Positions 51,389 through 62,336 are shown, counted from the whole stretch's first letter. The stretch: 62,789 nucleotides of DNA, filler included, from 5 parts of 5 records of this genome joined end to end with filler, not necessarily neighbours in it; one strand, 5' to 3'. The notes: generated from the sequence alone by a model not told the origin. Translations and numbers: made by a program.

Positions 51389-51776
51389 TATACAACCCCT
51401 TTTTTAATAAATATGTAAACCTTAAGTACAGCAAATATAATTTGTTATCACAACTATACTAAGATTTATAAAATCAATTTTATTTACTTGATCAGTCATT
51501 TTCAACTTTTATATTATAACACATATTTAAATTTTGCACAATTTAATCGTTATAAATTTAAAATGATAGTTTATTATATAATATTTCAATTAATTGTAAG
51601 ACTGAATTCATTTTATTTTCAGAAAAATTTACTAAAAATCAGTTTCATTTTAAACATGTATTTTGCCATCTCAGTATGTATCTTACCATCTTTTTACAGC
51701 ATTTAATCTAATAAAGTTAGCTTAAACTAATCTTTTTTGATAAAATTAAAAAAAAATAATGTACGGAGATGATACT

Positions 51777-52271
51777 ATGAAATTAATAATTGGGATATTA
51801 CAAAATACACCTCTTTGGGTTTATTTTATATTTGGATACATTCTGTTTGTGGGATTAAAGGCTTCAAAACCGAGAATCGTTGAGGTAAAAAATTTATTTA
51901 TTGCTCCAATCATTTTTACAGGGTTAACATTTCACACCTTAGCAAATAGAACTACTCACCATCCACTTTACTTAATTATATGGTTTTCCATATTGTCATT
52001 ATCAATATTTTTGGGCATGTTTCATATAAATCAACTAAATATAGAGTTCGATTCCTTAAATGGAACTCTTAGTATTTCTGGTTCATACTTTACTCTGATT
52101 CTTTTTTTATTAATTTTTCTAAGCAAATATTATTATGGAGTAATTAGTGCAATTAATCCTCAGTTTGCTCATGAACCTAAAGTTTTAATTTTTATATTGG
52201 TAATTTCAGCTTTCAGTACAGGAACAATGTGGGGTAGGTTAATTGGTTATTTAAAAGCTATTGCAAAATAA
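51777..52271 (+). CDS. conserved membrane hypothetical protein
   Basis: About 5 TM helices; 'NTPLWVY', 'GS...L.L....F..KY'. Confidence 0.65.
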   Translation: MKLIIGILQNTPLWVYFIFGYILFVGLKASKPRIVEVKNLFIAPIIFTGLTFHTLANRTTHHPLYLIIWFSILSLSIFLGMFHINQLNIEFDSLNGTLSISGSYFTLILFLLIFLSKYYYGVISAINPQFAHEPKVLIFILVISAFSTGTMWGRLIGYLKAIAK

Positions 52272-52275
52272 AGAA

Positions 52276-52325
52276 AGCCTCAAAATATCTATAAGTATTT
52301 CTAGATATTTTGAGGCTATTTTTTT
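52276..52325 (+). terminator. intrinsic terminator
   Basis: AGCCTCAAAATATCTA...TAGATATTTTGAGGCT followed by a T-run. Confidence 0.85.
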
Positions 52326-52425
52326 NNNNNNNNNNNNNNNNNNNNNNNNNNNNNNNNNNNNNNNNNNNNTTAATTAATTAANNNNNNNNNNNNNNNNNNN
52401 NNNNNNNNNNNNNNNNNNNNNNNNN
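52326..52425. other. artificial contig spacer
   Basis: 44 N + TTAATTAATTAA + 44 N. Confidence 0.98.
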
Positions 52426-53457
52426 CCTTAGCTCATCTCTGCTAATCTCAAGTTCTTCAATTTGTTGAACCAAATTTTTGAACTTATCATCAATATTCAT
52501 TACCTCACGCCTATTCCTAAAACTTTGCAGTTGGCGCTCGGTTTGTCCTAAATCACCTGAGATATTCGCTAATTGTTCCTCAATATAATCAATGGTATTT
52601 CTTGCATTGTAATTCTTCTTTTCTAAGTTATCTTCCATATATTTATTAATGAGCCTTTCAAGAAACTCAAGTGATAACTTTAAATTTTCACCTTCAAAAG
52701 TTAATTGTGCTATGGATGATTGGAAAAAATTAGATTTAACAGTAAGCGATTCCTGGAATTTATAAGCTAACCCTTGTGGACTTTTAAACTGAAAGTATAA
52801 ATCCGAACCTTTATGTGCTTCATTTGAATAGTTGGAGTTTAATAAAACTTTAAATGAACACAGCCCATTTTTTACAACATCCCCGAATTTATAAGTTCCG
52901 CTGATATAGAATTTACGTCGTTCATCTAATACTCGTTCTTTTTCTGGCAAGTATAAAGATGTCTCCTCTTTCTCTGCATATATTACAAAACTATTTTGAT
53001 CTAAAATCTTTATATAGAATAGGGTATTTAATGGTTGTACTTTGTTTTTATCAACTATTACTATAAAAGGATTATTCTTATAAATATTATTTAAACCAAA
53101 AGACATTCTCATTGGAAGCTTATCTGCCTTAGAGTAATATGATGTAAATAAATTCATATCATTTATAACATCTTTTATCAATGGCGTTGATTGTAAAATA
53201 TTTACTTCATCAGACAGGTTTTTTTCCTGATTCATCAGATCGTTTACATTTACATAGGTATTTGTTGAGCGTGTCTGCATTCTTTCAGTATTAATTAAAA
53301 CTTTTGCAGAAACACTATATGTCTTAGAGGAATACTTCAGATATACTGCGGCAATAGCAAGAAAAATAAAACAAGATATGCCGATTAGAAGCCAATAGCT
53401 TAAAAATATCCGAAGAATATAAAAGATATCAATTTTTTTCTTCGCTGTATTTTCCAT
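52426..53457 (-). CDS. wzc: polysaccharide co-polymerase/tyrosine kinase Wzc, 3'-truncated
   Basis: Wzz-like N-terminal TM; 'EVNILQS', 'TIDYIEEQL...E.QLQSFR' coiled coil; downstream of wza. Confidence 0.85.
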
Positions 53458-53469
53458 AATTCTAGTTTT

Positions 53470-54243
53470 CTATAGGTTGGACATTAACGCATATATAGCC
53501 AGAGAACCTGTAACAAGACTCAGCATTTGAAAAATTGAAAATGTTTCCATGCCAAGAGCCCTTCTTCCTAAAGGTTCAATGTATATTATATCATCTGTTT
53601 TAACTTCATACCAAGGTGAGTTTAGTATCGCATCATTTGTTAGGTCAACTTGTTTTCGTAAGATCTTGTCTCCATCGCGTCTAACAATAAGTACATTCTT
53701 TCTATTTCCAAATGGAGCTATATCTCCCGCACTCGCTAAAACTTCATATACACTAACATTTACACGGTTAAAGACATATACTCCAGGCATATTAACTTCT
53801 CCCAATACAGTAACCCGATTATTGATAAACCTTGCTGATACACTAGGCAGGTATATATATTCAGAAAGCTCTTTTTCTAAATACTCTACCAAAGATTGAA
53901 TGCTCATTCCTTCAATTGTAACTTTATTAAGATATGGCATCCAAATATTTCCATTTTCGTCTACTTTATAACTAATAAGATCAATACCTAAAGATGCGGC
54001 CATCCCAGATTGGCCAAAACTATTTGGATCATCATTACCACTTGTGACTGTAATATATAATTCATCACCAACCTTTATCTCATCAGAAGTTTGTTCTTCA
54101 ACATTATAAACCTTATCCGGGACATCTATATTGGGTATTAAATTATCATTTCGAAAGTAGGCTGCCTGTCTGTTTGGCGCACATGACATAATACTTCCAA
54201 AAACCAAGGTTATGAATAACCATTTATACATTTTTCTTAGCAT
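53470..54243 (-). CDS. wza: polysaccharide export lipoprotein
   Basis: Lipobox 'IMSC'; 'IKVGDEL', 'Y.VDENG.I.MP', 'VTVLGEVNMPG', 'AGDI..FGNRKNV'. Confidence 0.9.
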   Translation of the reverse strand: MLRKMYKWLFITLVFGSIMSCAPNRQAAYFRNDNLIPNIDVPDKVYNVEEQTSDEIKVGDELYITVTSGNDDPNSFGQSGMAASLGIDLISYKVDENGNIWMPYLNKVTIEGMSIQSLVEYLEKELSEYIYLPSVSARFINNRVTVLGEVNMPGVYVFNRVNVSVYEVLASAGDIAPFGNRKNVLIVRRDGDKILRKQVDLTNDAILNSPWYEVKTDDIIYIEPLGRRALGMETFSIFQMLSLVTGSLAIYALMSNL

Positions 54244-54675
54244 ATATTCTTTTATTAGTTGATTGACAATTAGTTTACTATTTTACCTATACCAGGTGTT
54301 TCCTTTAAAAGCTTGTCCAAATAATTGGATAATCTTAATTTCATTTTCAGGATTTAAATTTTTAATAATGCTACTTTTTAATTTGTATTAACGCTCTTTA
54401 TTTTTTAAGGTCATTAACATTAAAAAGACAATAAGGTTCGATAGTATTTATTTATTGAAGCTTCTAATAAATCGCTGAAATTTGCAGGAATTTTGTTTAA
54501 TTATTCTTAAACTATTGAACAGTAAATGTTTTAGATTATTAACACTAATAACCAATAATTGTTGTTATGCTTTCACTTTTGAAGTATTCACCACTTAATT
54601 CTTTCAATTTATCCCAACAAAACAATCATTGATAAAAACTGAATCAGTTTTTGAAAAATGTATAAACTTTTAGAC

Positions 54676-54708
54676 AAAAAAAGAGCCGCATTAAAAATGC
54701 AGCTCTTT
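54676..54708 (-). terminator. intrinsic terminator downstream of floA
   Basis: AAAAAAAGAGCCGCATT...AATGCAGCTCTTT. Confidence 0.75.
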
Positions 54709-54732
54709 CGATTTTTAACTCTTTAAAAATCT

Positions 54733-55722
54733 TTATTTATCATCTTTCGTATCTTCAGAAGACGATATAGAATCTCGCATATTTGTATCAGACTCAATAT
54801 TTTTCATTCTGTAATAGTCCATAATACCAAGGTTTCCAGATTTAAATGCATCTGCCATTGCCAATGGAATTTCAACCTCGGCCTCAATTACTTTTGCTCT
54901 AGCTTCCTGGGCTTTTGCTTTCATTTCTTGCTCAAGAGCAATTGCCATAGCTCTTCTTTCCTCTGCCTTTGCCTGGGCAATATTCTTATCTGCGTTTGCC
55001 TGGTCAATTTGTAACACAGCACCAATGTTTTTTCCTATATCGATATCAGCAATATCAATTGAAAGAATCTCGAATGCAGTACCAGAATCTAAACCTTTTT
55101 CAAGAACAACGCGAGAGATTGAATCTGGATTCTCTAAAACTGATTTGTGAGTCTCTGAAGAACCAATTGATGAAACAATACCTTCACCAACACGGGCCAG
55201 AACTGTATCTTCACCAGCACCACCAACTAATTGCTTAATGTTAGCCCTTACTGTTACCCTCGCTTTTGAAATAAGCTGAATACCATCTTTCGCAACAGCA
55301 GTTACCGGAGGCGTATTAATTACTTTAGGGTTAACAGACATTTGAACAGCCTCAAAAACATCTCTACCTGCAAGATCGATAGCAGTTGCCATGTTAAATG
55401 GCAGGTCTATATTCGCTTTATTAGCTGAAACCAGAGCATGTACTACTTTTTCAATGTGACCCCCTGCCAGATAATGCGCTTCCAAATCATCGCGTTTTAT
55501 TTGACTTAAACCTGCTTTGTAAGCTTCAATCATTGCTCTTACAATAACTCCAGGAGGAACTTTACGCCAACGCATAAAAATAAGTTGTACCAAAGAGATA
55601 CGAACACCAGAAACCAATGCCTGGAACCATAAGTTAAGCGGGATAAGATATAACAGCAGAATTAAACCTACAATTCCGAGAATAATAAAAATAATACTAC
55701 TTCCAATTCCAATTTCTTCCAT
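54733..55722 (-). CDS. floA: flotillin-like protein FloA (YqfA/UPF0365)
   Basis: 'LEAHYLAGG', 'AIDLAGRDV', '[16 protein letters not shown]', '[10 protein letters not shown]', 'GNLGIMDY'. Confidence 0.93.
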   Translation of the reverse strand: MEEIGIGSSIIFIILGIVGLILLLYLIPLNLWFQALVSGVRISLVQLIFMRWRKVPPGVIVRAMIEAYKAGLSQIKRDDLEAHYLAGGHIEKVVHALVSANKANIDLPFNMATAIDLAGRDVFEAVQMSVNPKVINTPPVTAVAKDGIQLISKARVTVRANIKQLVGGAGEDTVLARVGEGIVSSIGSSETHKSVLENPDSISRVVLEKGLDSGTAFEILSIDIADIDIGKNIGAVLQIDQANADKNIAQAKAEERRAMAIALEQEMKAKAQEARAKVIEAEVEIPLAMADAFKSGNLGIMDYYRMKNIESDTNMRDSISSSEDTKDDK

Positions 55723-55729
55723 GTGAATA

Positions 55730-56200
55730 TTAATTTATTGGTTTAACAAGAACATTTGTGGATAATATTTTTACAACTTCAATCTTTGTTTTTTCATCAA
55801 TATAACCTCCCATAGACTTTCCCTCAATAACCTTATTATTGATTCTAACTTTGCCTATTGGGTTTAACCTTGTAATTGCTTCTCCTTGATCTCCAATTTT
55901 AATATCTTTCTTCTCAAGACCATAATCAACATGCCCATCGATACTTTTATTTAGCATGGCTACCTTCCAGGTTCCAGACTTAAGGGCAATTACTAATAAT
56001 GCAATTGTGGACGCTATTGTACAAAGTAATACAAAATTCCCAGTTGTTGCACCTAATGAATAGTAAGCATAAAATATAGCTATTCCGATAGAAAGAAAAC
56101 CACCAATACCGGCAATAGTAACGCCTGGTGCAATTAGAAATTCAACTATAAGTAGGGCGATTCCGAGAAGTATTAATAAAATGATAGCTGTTAGTGACAT
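55730..56200 (-). CDS. nfeD: short NfeD-family protein
   Basis: Three TM helices with 'EFLIAPG...AGIGG'; OB-fold '[10 protein letters not shown]'; adjacent to floA. Confidence 0.85.
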   Translation of the reverse strand: MSLTAIILLILLGIALLIVEFLIAPGVTIAGIGGFLSIGIAIFYAYYSLGATTGNFVLLCTIASTIALLVIALKSGTWKVAMLNKSIDGHVDYGLEKKDIKIGDQGEAITRLNPIGKVRINNKVIEGKSMGGYIDEKTKIEVVKILSTNVLVKPIN

Positions 56201-56216
56201 TTATTTAAGTTAAGTG

Positions 56217-56504
56217 CTAATCTATTGTTGCTTTTAGGCCCCTTTCGATTAATTGATATCTCATGGGTTTCAAAAAATCATCAGACCCCTTTTTAACTTC
56301 GCACTTCCCTTTGTAATGCACAATATATGTACATTGTTCTGCCTGCATTACATCGTGTTCACAAACTTCAACTAATGCGTCAATTACAAAATCAAAAGTA
56401 TGCACATCATCATTGTAAAGAGTGAGAAATTTCTTCTTCTCACTTTCACTTTCCATCACCTCCTCAAAGTCAGGTTTACTGATATATTTTTCTTCATCTG
56501 CCAT
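56217..56504 (-). CDS. clpS: ATP-dependent Clp protease adaptor
   Basis: 'LYNDDVHTFDFVI', 'QAEQC...VHYKGKC'. Confidence 0.92.
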   Translation of the reverse strand: MADEEKYISKPDFEEVMESESEKKKFLTLYNDDVHTFDFVIDALVEVCEHDVMQAEQCTYIVHYKGKCEVKKGSDDFLKPMRYQLIERGLKATID

Positions 56505-56529
56505 AAATAAGCATCTATTTATATCTGTT

Positions 56530-56559
56530 CAAAAGTATAAAATTTAAAGAAATAACAAA
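56530..56559 (-). promoter_or_regulatory. Bacteroidota-type promoter for clpS-nfeD-floA
   Basis: -7 element TACTTTTG (56537-56530) with TTTG 18 nt upstream. Confidence 0.65.
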
Positions 56560-56790
56560 ATACAATATAGTCGTTACAACAGTTGTTTTTTGAAGAAATT
56601 CAGGAAATTATCAACATGCATACCCACATAATAATATAGAGATATTACAATACTATAATATGTTTCATTAGAAGCATAATAATAATCAAACAGCAATAAA
56701 GTCAAGCTTCAACAAGAATTGCGCTTTACTTTATTTTACTATTTTTATTGCCTTTTTAAATAAAATATAGTTTACTACCGATACTATTTT

Positions 56791-58203
56791 ATGAGTAATT
56801 CAACAATTATTATAATAATATGCTTTGTTTATTTTGCTTTTCTAATTCTTGCCGGAATTTATTCAGCAAAGAAAAACAAAAAAGCATCGGACTACCTTAT
56901 TGCCGGACAAAAGTTAAACCTATTGTTTACAACAGCTACATTATCTGCCGTACAGATTGGCGCAGGAATTATTTTAGGTGGTTCCATAAATGGGGAATCA
57001 ATGGGTATATGGCCAGGGATGTGGTATGCACTTGGTTGTGGAGGCGGATTAATCCTGGCCGGGATTTTTATTGCAGGTAAATTACGAAAAAAAGAAAGCT
57101 ACGTTCCATTAGATTTTTATGAATTAAGATATGGTAAAAATAAATGGGTCAGGATATGGGCGTGGGCAAGCAACGTTCCAAGTTTATTGGGTATATATAT
57201 TGCCCAACTTCTTGCTTGTGGAAGTATCTTGTCTGGATTTGGCATACCATTTTATACCGGGGTAATAATATGTGCTGTTGTTATTTTAATTTACAGCACA
57301 CTAGGAGGTATGTGGGGTGTTGCCATTGCAGATTCAATTCATACACTGGTAATAGTAATAAGTATTCCTGTTTTGGCTATTGCATCAACTTCAATTTTAA
57401 AAAATAATGGTTTTGTATTAGAATCTATTTTTAATACCCCTTTTATTCCTTCAGGTACTTTTTCAAAATTCATATACCTGGTTGTTCCTTTCTTAATTGC
57501 TATATCTGTTTCATATGATGCTTATATTCGATACCAATCGGCCAAAGATGCCCATACAGCAAAATGGGGCTGTATTTTGGCTGGAATTGTTGTGATAATA
57601 ATTGGTGTTCTTGCATCATCAATTGGTGCTATGGGACACTATTTGGTACCCGAGGCAAAGGAAGGTGTATTCTCGGCAATGGTTATAAAATCACTAAATC
57701 CGGTTATGGCCGGTATTGTAATTGCAGCGATGCTTGGGGCAGCAATGTCAAGTGCATCAGGATTGCTGGTAGCGATGGGAGCTACTTTTTCTCGCGATTT
57801 CTATAACTGTTTTTTAAATCCCGAGGCACAACTCGATGAACTTCCTAAATCGAAACTAATTTCCCGGCTTGCGGTGGCACTGAGTGCTGTAATTGGTATA
57901 TTGTTATCATTTAAGGTTACAAATATTCTTGATGCCATAATAATATTTAACTACCCATATATGGGAAGCCTACTAATACCGCTACTTGCCGGAGTTCTAT
58001 GGAAAGGGGCAACAAAAAAAGGCGCTGTTGCAGCAATGTTCGCTGGTGGATCTATTGGAGTTGGTTCTTTTTTAACAGGAATCCCCGGACCATTTAAAGA
58101 TTGGTTTAAACCCGATCTGGGATTATTTTTTGCCTACTCGGTTTCATTAATAGTATTAATAATAGTTAGCAAAACAGACAAACAATTAAATCATGCAAAA
58201 TAA
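56791..58203 (+). CDS. sodium:solute symporter (SSS) family protein
   Basis: About 13 TM segments; 'DYLIAG', 'YSTLGGMWGVA..D', 'AAMSSAS', 'W..AT..GA'. Confidence 0.9.
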   Translation: MSNSTIIIIICFVYFAFLILAGIYSAKKNKKASDYLIAGQKLNLLFTTATLSAVQIGAGIILGGSINGESMGIWPGMWYALGCGGGLILAGIFIAGKLRKKESYVPLDFYELRYGKNKWVRIWAWASNVPSLLGIYIAQLLACGSILSGFGIPFYTGVIICAVVILIYSTLGGMWGVAIADSIHTLVIVISIPVLAIASTSILKNNGFVLESIFNTPFIPSGTFSKFIYLVVPFLIAISVSYDAYIRYQSAKDAHTAKWGCILAGIVVIIIGVLASSIGAMGHYLVPEAKEGVFSAMVIKSLNPVMAGIVIAAMLGAAMSSASGLLVAMGATFSRDFYNCFLNPEAQLDELPKSKLISRLAVALSAVIGILLSFKVTNILDAIIIFNYPYMGSLLIPLLAGVLWKGATKKGAVAAMFAGGSIGVGSFLTGIPGPFKDWFKPDLGLFFAYSVSLIVLIIVSKTDKQLNHAK

Positions 58204-60130
58204 TAATTGGCCTTATCTTTTGGAATGGGATAAAGAGGAGATCGTACAAGCTGACATTCTTGTTTTAGGTGGTGGAATTGCCGGGTGCATGGCAGCTATT
58301 GCTGCTGCTCAAAAAGGTCAAAAGGTTGTACTTGTTGAAAAAGGTGCTACAAAAATGAGTGGTGCGGGTGGTTCTGGTTGCGATCATTGGGAATCTGCAG
58401 CAACAAACCCATGCTCCAAAATATCACCAGAAAAACTAACCCAAGCCATGTTAGATGACAATGATGGCTACAACAATGGAATCTCGCATTACATTGAATG
58501 CCGCGAAGGATATGACCGCCTACTTGACATTGAAAAAATGGGAGGAAAAATTCGGGATACTGAAGGTGAATTTGAAGGCGCCGCATTTCGCGATGAAAAA
58601 ACTAAATTTATGTTTGCCTACGACTATAAAAACAAATTTACTTTACGAATATGGGGCACAACCTTTAAACCAGCCATGTATCGCGAGTTAAAAAAACTTG
58701 GAGTTAAGATAATAGATCGTGTTATGGTAACTTCATTGCTCACGGAAAATGGTGAACAAGGCAACAGATGTATTGGAGCAACAGGAATAAATACACGAAC
58801 GGGTAAATTCTATATTTTTAAAGGGAAAGCTAGCATAATGTGTATGTCAAGGCCGGCAAGAGTTTGGTTATTTTCCTCAACACACACTGGATTAAGTGAG
58901 TTCCGTCCAACACAATGCATTGGTGATGGACATGCTATGGGATGGAGAGCAGGTGCAGAATTTACAATGATGGAAAAATCTGTAGGTGCAGAATTTTCAG
59001 CCGCTGGAAGAAGTTATCCACCCTATGGGGCAGGAAATAACCATAATACCTGGTATGGCGCTACGTTAATTGATGCAACCGGAAAAGAAATTCCTTATGT
59101 TAATAGAGATGGAGAACCATTAAACTCAATTGAAGACCGTTTCATTCCATCAGAAAATCAGGAGTTTTTCTTAAAAGGGGGTTCTGTAGATTATCCAAAT
59201 TATGAAATTGAAGGCCCTGAGACTATACCTTTTTCAAAATTGCTGAAAGAAGGATATAAACTACCCTTTTATGCTGATTTAACAAATCTTCCCGAAGCTG
59301 AACGCAAAGTGATCTGGGGAATGATGGTTGGTGAAGAGGGGAAAACGAAAGTACCGATTTACGATAATTACAAAAAGGCCGGCTTTGATCCCGAAAAACA
59401 TGTTTTGCAATGTTATGGAACAGGATGGACTTCTGCTAGTTTCTTGCCACAGGAAAGACAACTTTTTGGACTTCCCGGTGGATTTCTCAACGATTGGAGA
59501 CTATCTACAAATCTTGAAGGACTATTTGTTGCTGGGGATGCACTCTATGCTTCAAACTGTTACGGACATGCCGCAGCAACCGGACACTATGCGGGTAGGC
59601 ATGCCGCAGATTTTGCATCGAGCGTAAATATTATTGATTTTAACAGAAAACAAGTTGATAAGGAAAAAAATCGGATATATGCACCAATCAGCAACAATCC
59701 AGATAATTCAATTGGCTGGAAAGAGCTCAACCAGGGAATTTCAAAGACAATGCAAAACTATTGTGGAGAAACAAAGTACGATGATTTATTAAAAACCGGT
59801 TTGCTCAGGTTGCAGGAATATGAATCGAAACTTCATACCAACACTTATGCATACAATCCGCATGAATTAATAAGATTGCTTGAGGTATTTGATATACTTA
59901 CAGTTTCTCAATTAATTCTCAATGCTTCATTAGCACGTAAGGTTAATTCAAAACCTCTTTGTTTTTTCCGAGGTGATAATAATCAGGAAGAACAAGATGA
60001 AAATAAAAAATTGATCGTTATTCGTCAAAACAACAACAAGATAGTTACTAGAAACTTAGACGTAGATTTTTTTGGCGACTTATGCTACAATTATGAAAAG
60101 TATAATGCAAAATACATCGAATCAAATTAA
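58193..60130 (+). CDS. FAD-dependent oxidoreductase of the APS reductase alpha/SDH flavoprotein superfamily (AprA-like, not true AprA)
   Basis: 'DILVLGGGIAG...LVEKG...SGAG', 'GDGHAMGWRAGAEFTMME', 'TNLEGLFVAGD', helical C-terminal domain 'MQNYCG...HELIR.LE'; overlaps the SSS stop. Confidence 0.85.
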   Translation: MQNNNWPYLLEWDKEEIVQADILVLGGGIAGCMAAIAAAQKGQKVVLVEKGATKMSGAGGSGCDHWESAATNPCSKISPEKLTQAMLDDNDGYNNGISHYIECREGYDRLLDIEKMGGKIRDTEGEFEGAAFRDEKTKFMFAYDYKNKFTLRIWGTTFKPAMYRELKKLGVKIIDRVMVTSLLTENGEQGNRCIGATGINTRTGKFYIFKGKASIMCMSRPARVWLFSSTHTGLSEFRPTQCIGDGHAMGWRAGAEFTMMEKSVGAEFSAAGRSYPPYGAGNNHNTWYGATLIDATGKEIPYVNRDGEPLNSIEDRFIPSENQEFFLKGGSVDYPNYEIEGPETIPFSKLLKEGYKLPFYADLTNLPEAERKVIWGMMVGEEGKTKVPIYDNYKKAGFDPEKHVLQCYGTGWTSASFLPQERQLFGLPGGFLNDWRLSTNLEGLFVAGDALYASNCYGHAAATGHYAGRHAADFASSVNIIDFNRKQVDKEKNRIYAPISNNPDNSIGWKELNQGISKTMQNYCGETKYDDLLKTGLLRLQEYESKLHTNTYAYNPHELIRLLEVFDILTVSQLILNASLARKVNSKPLCFFRGDNNQEEQDENKKLIVIRQNNNKIVTRNLDVDFFGDLCYNYEKYNAKYIESN

Positions 60131-60142
60131 AAATAGATAGCT

Positions 60143-60418
60143 ATGATATTTGAAATGCCAGCCTCCAAGCCCATAATTTTTAACGAGGAAAAATGTATTG
60201 GTTGCAATCAATGCATTGAAATATGTCAGGTTGATTTATTTCTCCCAAACCCCGATAAGAATAAAAAAGCACCGATCGTTGCCTTTCCTGGTGAATGTTG
60301 GTATTGTGGCAATTGTGTTGTCGTTTGCCCATCAGAAGGAGCTATTGAGCTTAGGCACCCGTTAATGAATCAAGTCCATTGGATTGAAAAATCTGAATTA
60401 ATAAAATCTAATAAATAG
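60143..60418 (+). CDS. 2x[4Fe-4S] ferredoxin, AprB-like partner subunit
   Basis: 'CIGCNQCIEIC', 'ECWYCGNCVVVCP..AIEL.HP'; the CWxC motif resembles AprB. Confidence 0.85.
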   Translation: MIFEMPASKPIIFNEEKCIGCNQCIEICQVDLFLPNPDKNKKAPIVAFPGECWYCGNCVVVCPSEGAIELRHPLMNQVHWIEKSELIKSNK

Positions 60419-60430
60419 ATTGTTTATCGT

Positions 60431-61183
60431 TTAATCTTCCAGCCACATTTTAAATGCCTTAACCCGTTCGCGGCTAACAATCAAATCATCTGGTTCTTTT
60501 GAGTTTACTTTTATCTGTAATCGAGAATTGGAGAAAGAAATAATATCTTTTATGGCAGAAAATGCCAATATATACTTTCTATTTATCCGAAAAAATTTCT
60601 TTGGTTCAAGTAATTCCTCCAATTGCTCAAGAGAGTAATTTACAGCATAATCCCTTCCTGTATCGGTATGTAAAAATGTAGCCTTCTCCATCGATGAAAA
60701 AAACAATATTTGCTCAGTCTTTAAAACCTTAATATGCTCCCCAACCTTAACTACAAATTTTGTTTTGTACTCGTTTGTTAATTGCTTAAGAACTGAATCG
60801 AAAACATGAGAAGAAAGAGGTGTAGATTTCACATTCGACTTGTACTTTTCTATTGCCTTACTCAGTTCATCAAAATCGATGGGTTTAAGCAAATAATCAA
60901 TACTATTTACTTTAAATGCCTTAAGTGCATATTCATCGTATGCTGTAGTAAAAATTATTGGTGATTTAACAATCGTTTTTTCAAATATTTCAAAACTAAT
61001 TCCATCAGCTAATTGAATATCCATAAAAATTAAGTCTACATCATAATTATTCTCAAACCAGATTACTGATTCTTGTACACTTTGCAAAACTTCCAGAACA
61101 TCAATATTTTCATCGTATCGTTTTATGAGTTCTTTAAGTCTTTCTGCTGCTATTTTTTCATCTTCAATTATTAGGCAATTCAT
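60431..61183 (-). CDS. LytTR-family response regulator
   Basis: 'IIEDE', 'FMDIQLADG', 'FTTAYDEYA', 'DYLLKP', 'FFRINRKY', 'VSRERV'. Confidence 0.95.
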   Translation of the reverse strand: MNCLIIEDEKIAAERLKELIKRYDENIDVLEVLQSVQESVIWFENNYDVDLIFMDIQLADGISFEIFEKTIVKSPIIFTTAYDEYALKAFKVNSIDYLLKPIDFDELSKAIEKYKSNVKSTPLSSHVFDSVLKQLTNEYKTKFVVKVGEHIKVLKTEQILFFSSMEKATFLHTDTGRDYAVNYSLEQLEELLEPKKFFRINRKYILAFSAIKDIISFSNSRLQIKVNSKEPDDLIVSRERVKAFKMWLED

Positions 61184-62234
61184 TCGGTGATTCGATTATT
61201 GGAATTTTGACAGTAAAAAATTCATCGTCTTCAATTATTTCAACGGGGTGATCGGTTATATACATATACCTTTTCTTAAGATTTTCCAATCCTAACGGAT
61301 CGGTGTCGCCCGAAATTACTTTCTTGCGCTGCAGATTATTTCTAACAATAATATATGATGCTTCTTCAGTAATAGAAACATCAAGAGACATTTTATCGCT
61401 AATTATATTATGCTTAATGCAGTTTTCAACCAAAATCTGCAAACCTAAGGGTAAAATATATTTCAATTCTGAATCAATTTTAATTGTTACTTTTAAACCA
61501 TCACCATGACGCATTTTTGCCAGGTAGATGTAGCTCTCAACAAAATCAATTTCTTCGTGCAATGTTACTAATTCTTTATCCCTCTGCTCAAGAACATACC
61601 TATATATATCAGAAAGTTTCTTTATAAAATGAACCGCATTTTCTTGATTTTGCTCTACAATTCCCGTTAATGTATTTAAACTATTAAACAAAAAATGTGG
61701 GTTTACCTGATTCTTTAATGCTTCGTACTTAGCTATTAAATGATCTCGTTCTGACTCTTCATATTTTTCAATTGCCTTTTTCCAATAAAAAACCAGGTAT
61801 CTTGAATAATAAACCGATATGACAAGCAAATCAATTGATAGTGCAAGAAATGCATTAAAAATAACATTGTACTTTAAGTTTTGACCCGTATGATGAAATA
61901 CGTATTTATGTACAATAAATGGAAATACAATGCTGACAATAATTCCATAAAAAATAAATGACATCAATGCAATCATATTCGATGAATTGAGATTTTTTGC
62001 CCAATTCAGTTTTCTTCCTGTATATGCACCTATTGCCCAATTCCCTAGCCAAAACAGAATACCAATTGAAAATCCATACCCAATGTGATTTAAGTATCTT
62101 TTGGCAGAACTAAATATTTCTGTGCCATTGAAAATAAGACTAATTATTGTAGTAATTGAGACCAAAGCTAACAACCCCCATATCACTGTTGTTAAAATCT
62201 TTCTTCGCATACTCTTCTGTCTCTTTTTTTCCAT
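61164..62234 (-). CDS. LytS/YehU-family membrane histidine kinase
   Basis: Four TM helices; 'LKNQVNPHFLFNSLN', 'LVENCIKHN', 'GLENL..RY'. Confidence 0.93.
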   Translation of the reverse strand: MEKKRQKSMRRKILTTVIWGLLALVSITTIISLIFNGTEIFSSAKRYLNHIGYGFSIGILFWLGNWAIGAYTGRKLNWAKNLNSSNMIALMSFIFYGIIVSIVFPFIVHKYVFHHTGQNLKYNVIFNAFLALSIDLLVISVYYSRYLVFYWKKAIEKYEESERDHLIAKYEALKNQVNPHFLFNSLNTLTGIVEQNQENAVHFIKKLSDIYRYVLEQRDKELVTLHEEIDFVESYIYLAKMRHGDGLKVTIKIDSELKYILPLGLQILVENCIKHNIISDKMSLDVSITEEASYIIVRNNLQRKKVISGDTDPLGLENLKKRYMYITDHPVEIIEDDEFFTVKIPIIESPNELPNN

Positions 62235-62281
62235 GTTTTAAAGATAGTTATTAGAAAATGAAATGTATAAAGTGATAAAAA

Positions 62282-62330
62282 TGCCAGTTACAGGTTATCA
62301 CGCATTCAATCGAATAACATGTAACTGGCA
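62282..62330. repeat. intergenic inverted repeat
   Basis: TGCCAGTTACA (62282-62292) / TGTAACTGGCA (62320-62330), extended by GTTAT/ATAAC. Confidence 0.75.
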
Positions 62331-62336
62331 ACAAGT

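Noticed and set aside
58193-60418. Calling the pair aprAB (sulfate reduction) or sdhA/nadB
   Set aside because: The diagnostic motifs differ and the partner genes are absent, so the pair is treated as an uncharacterised homolog.
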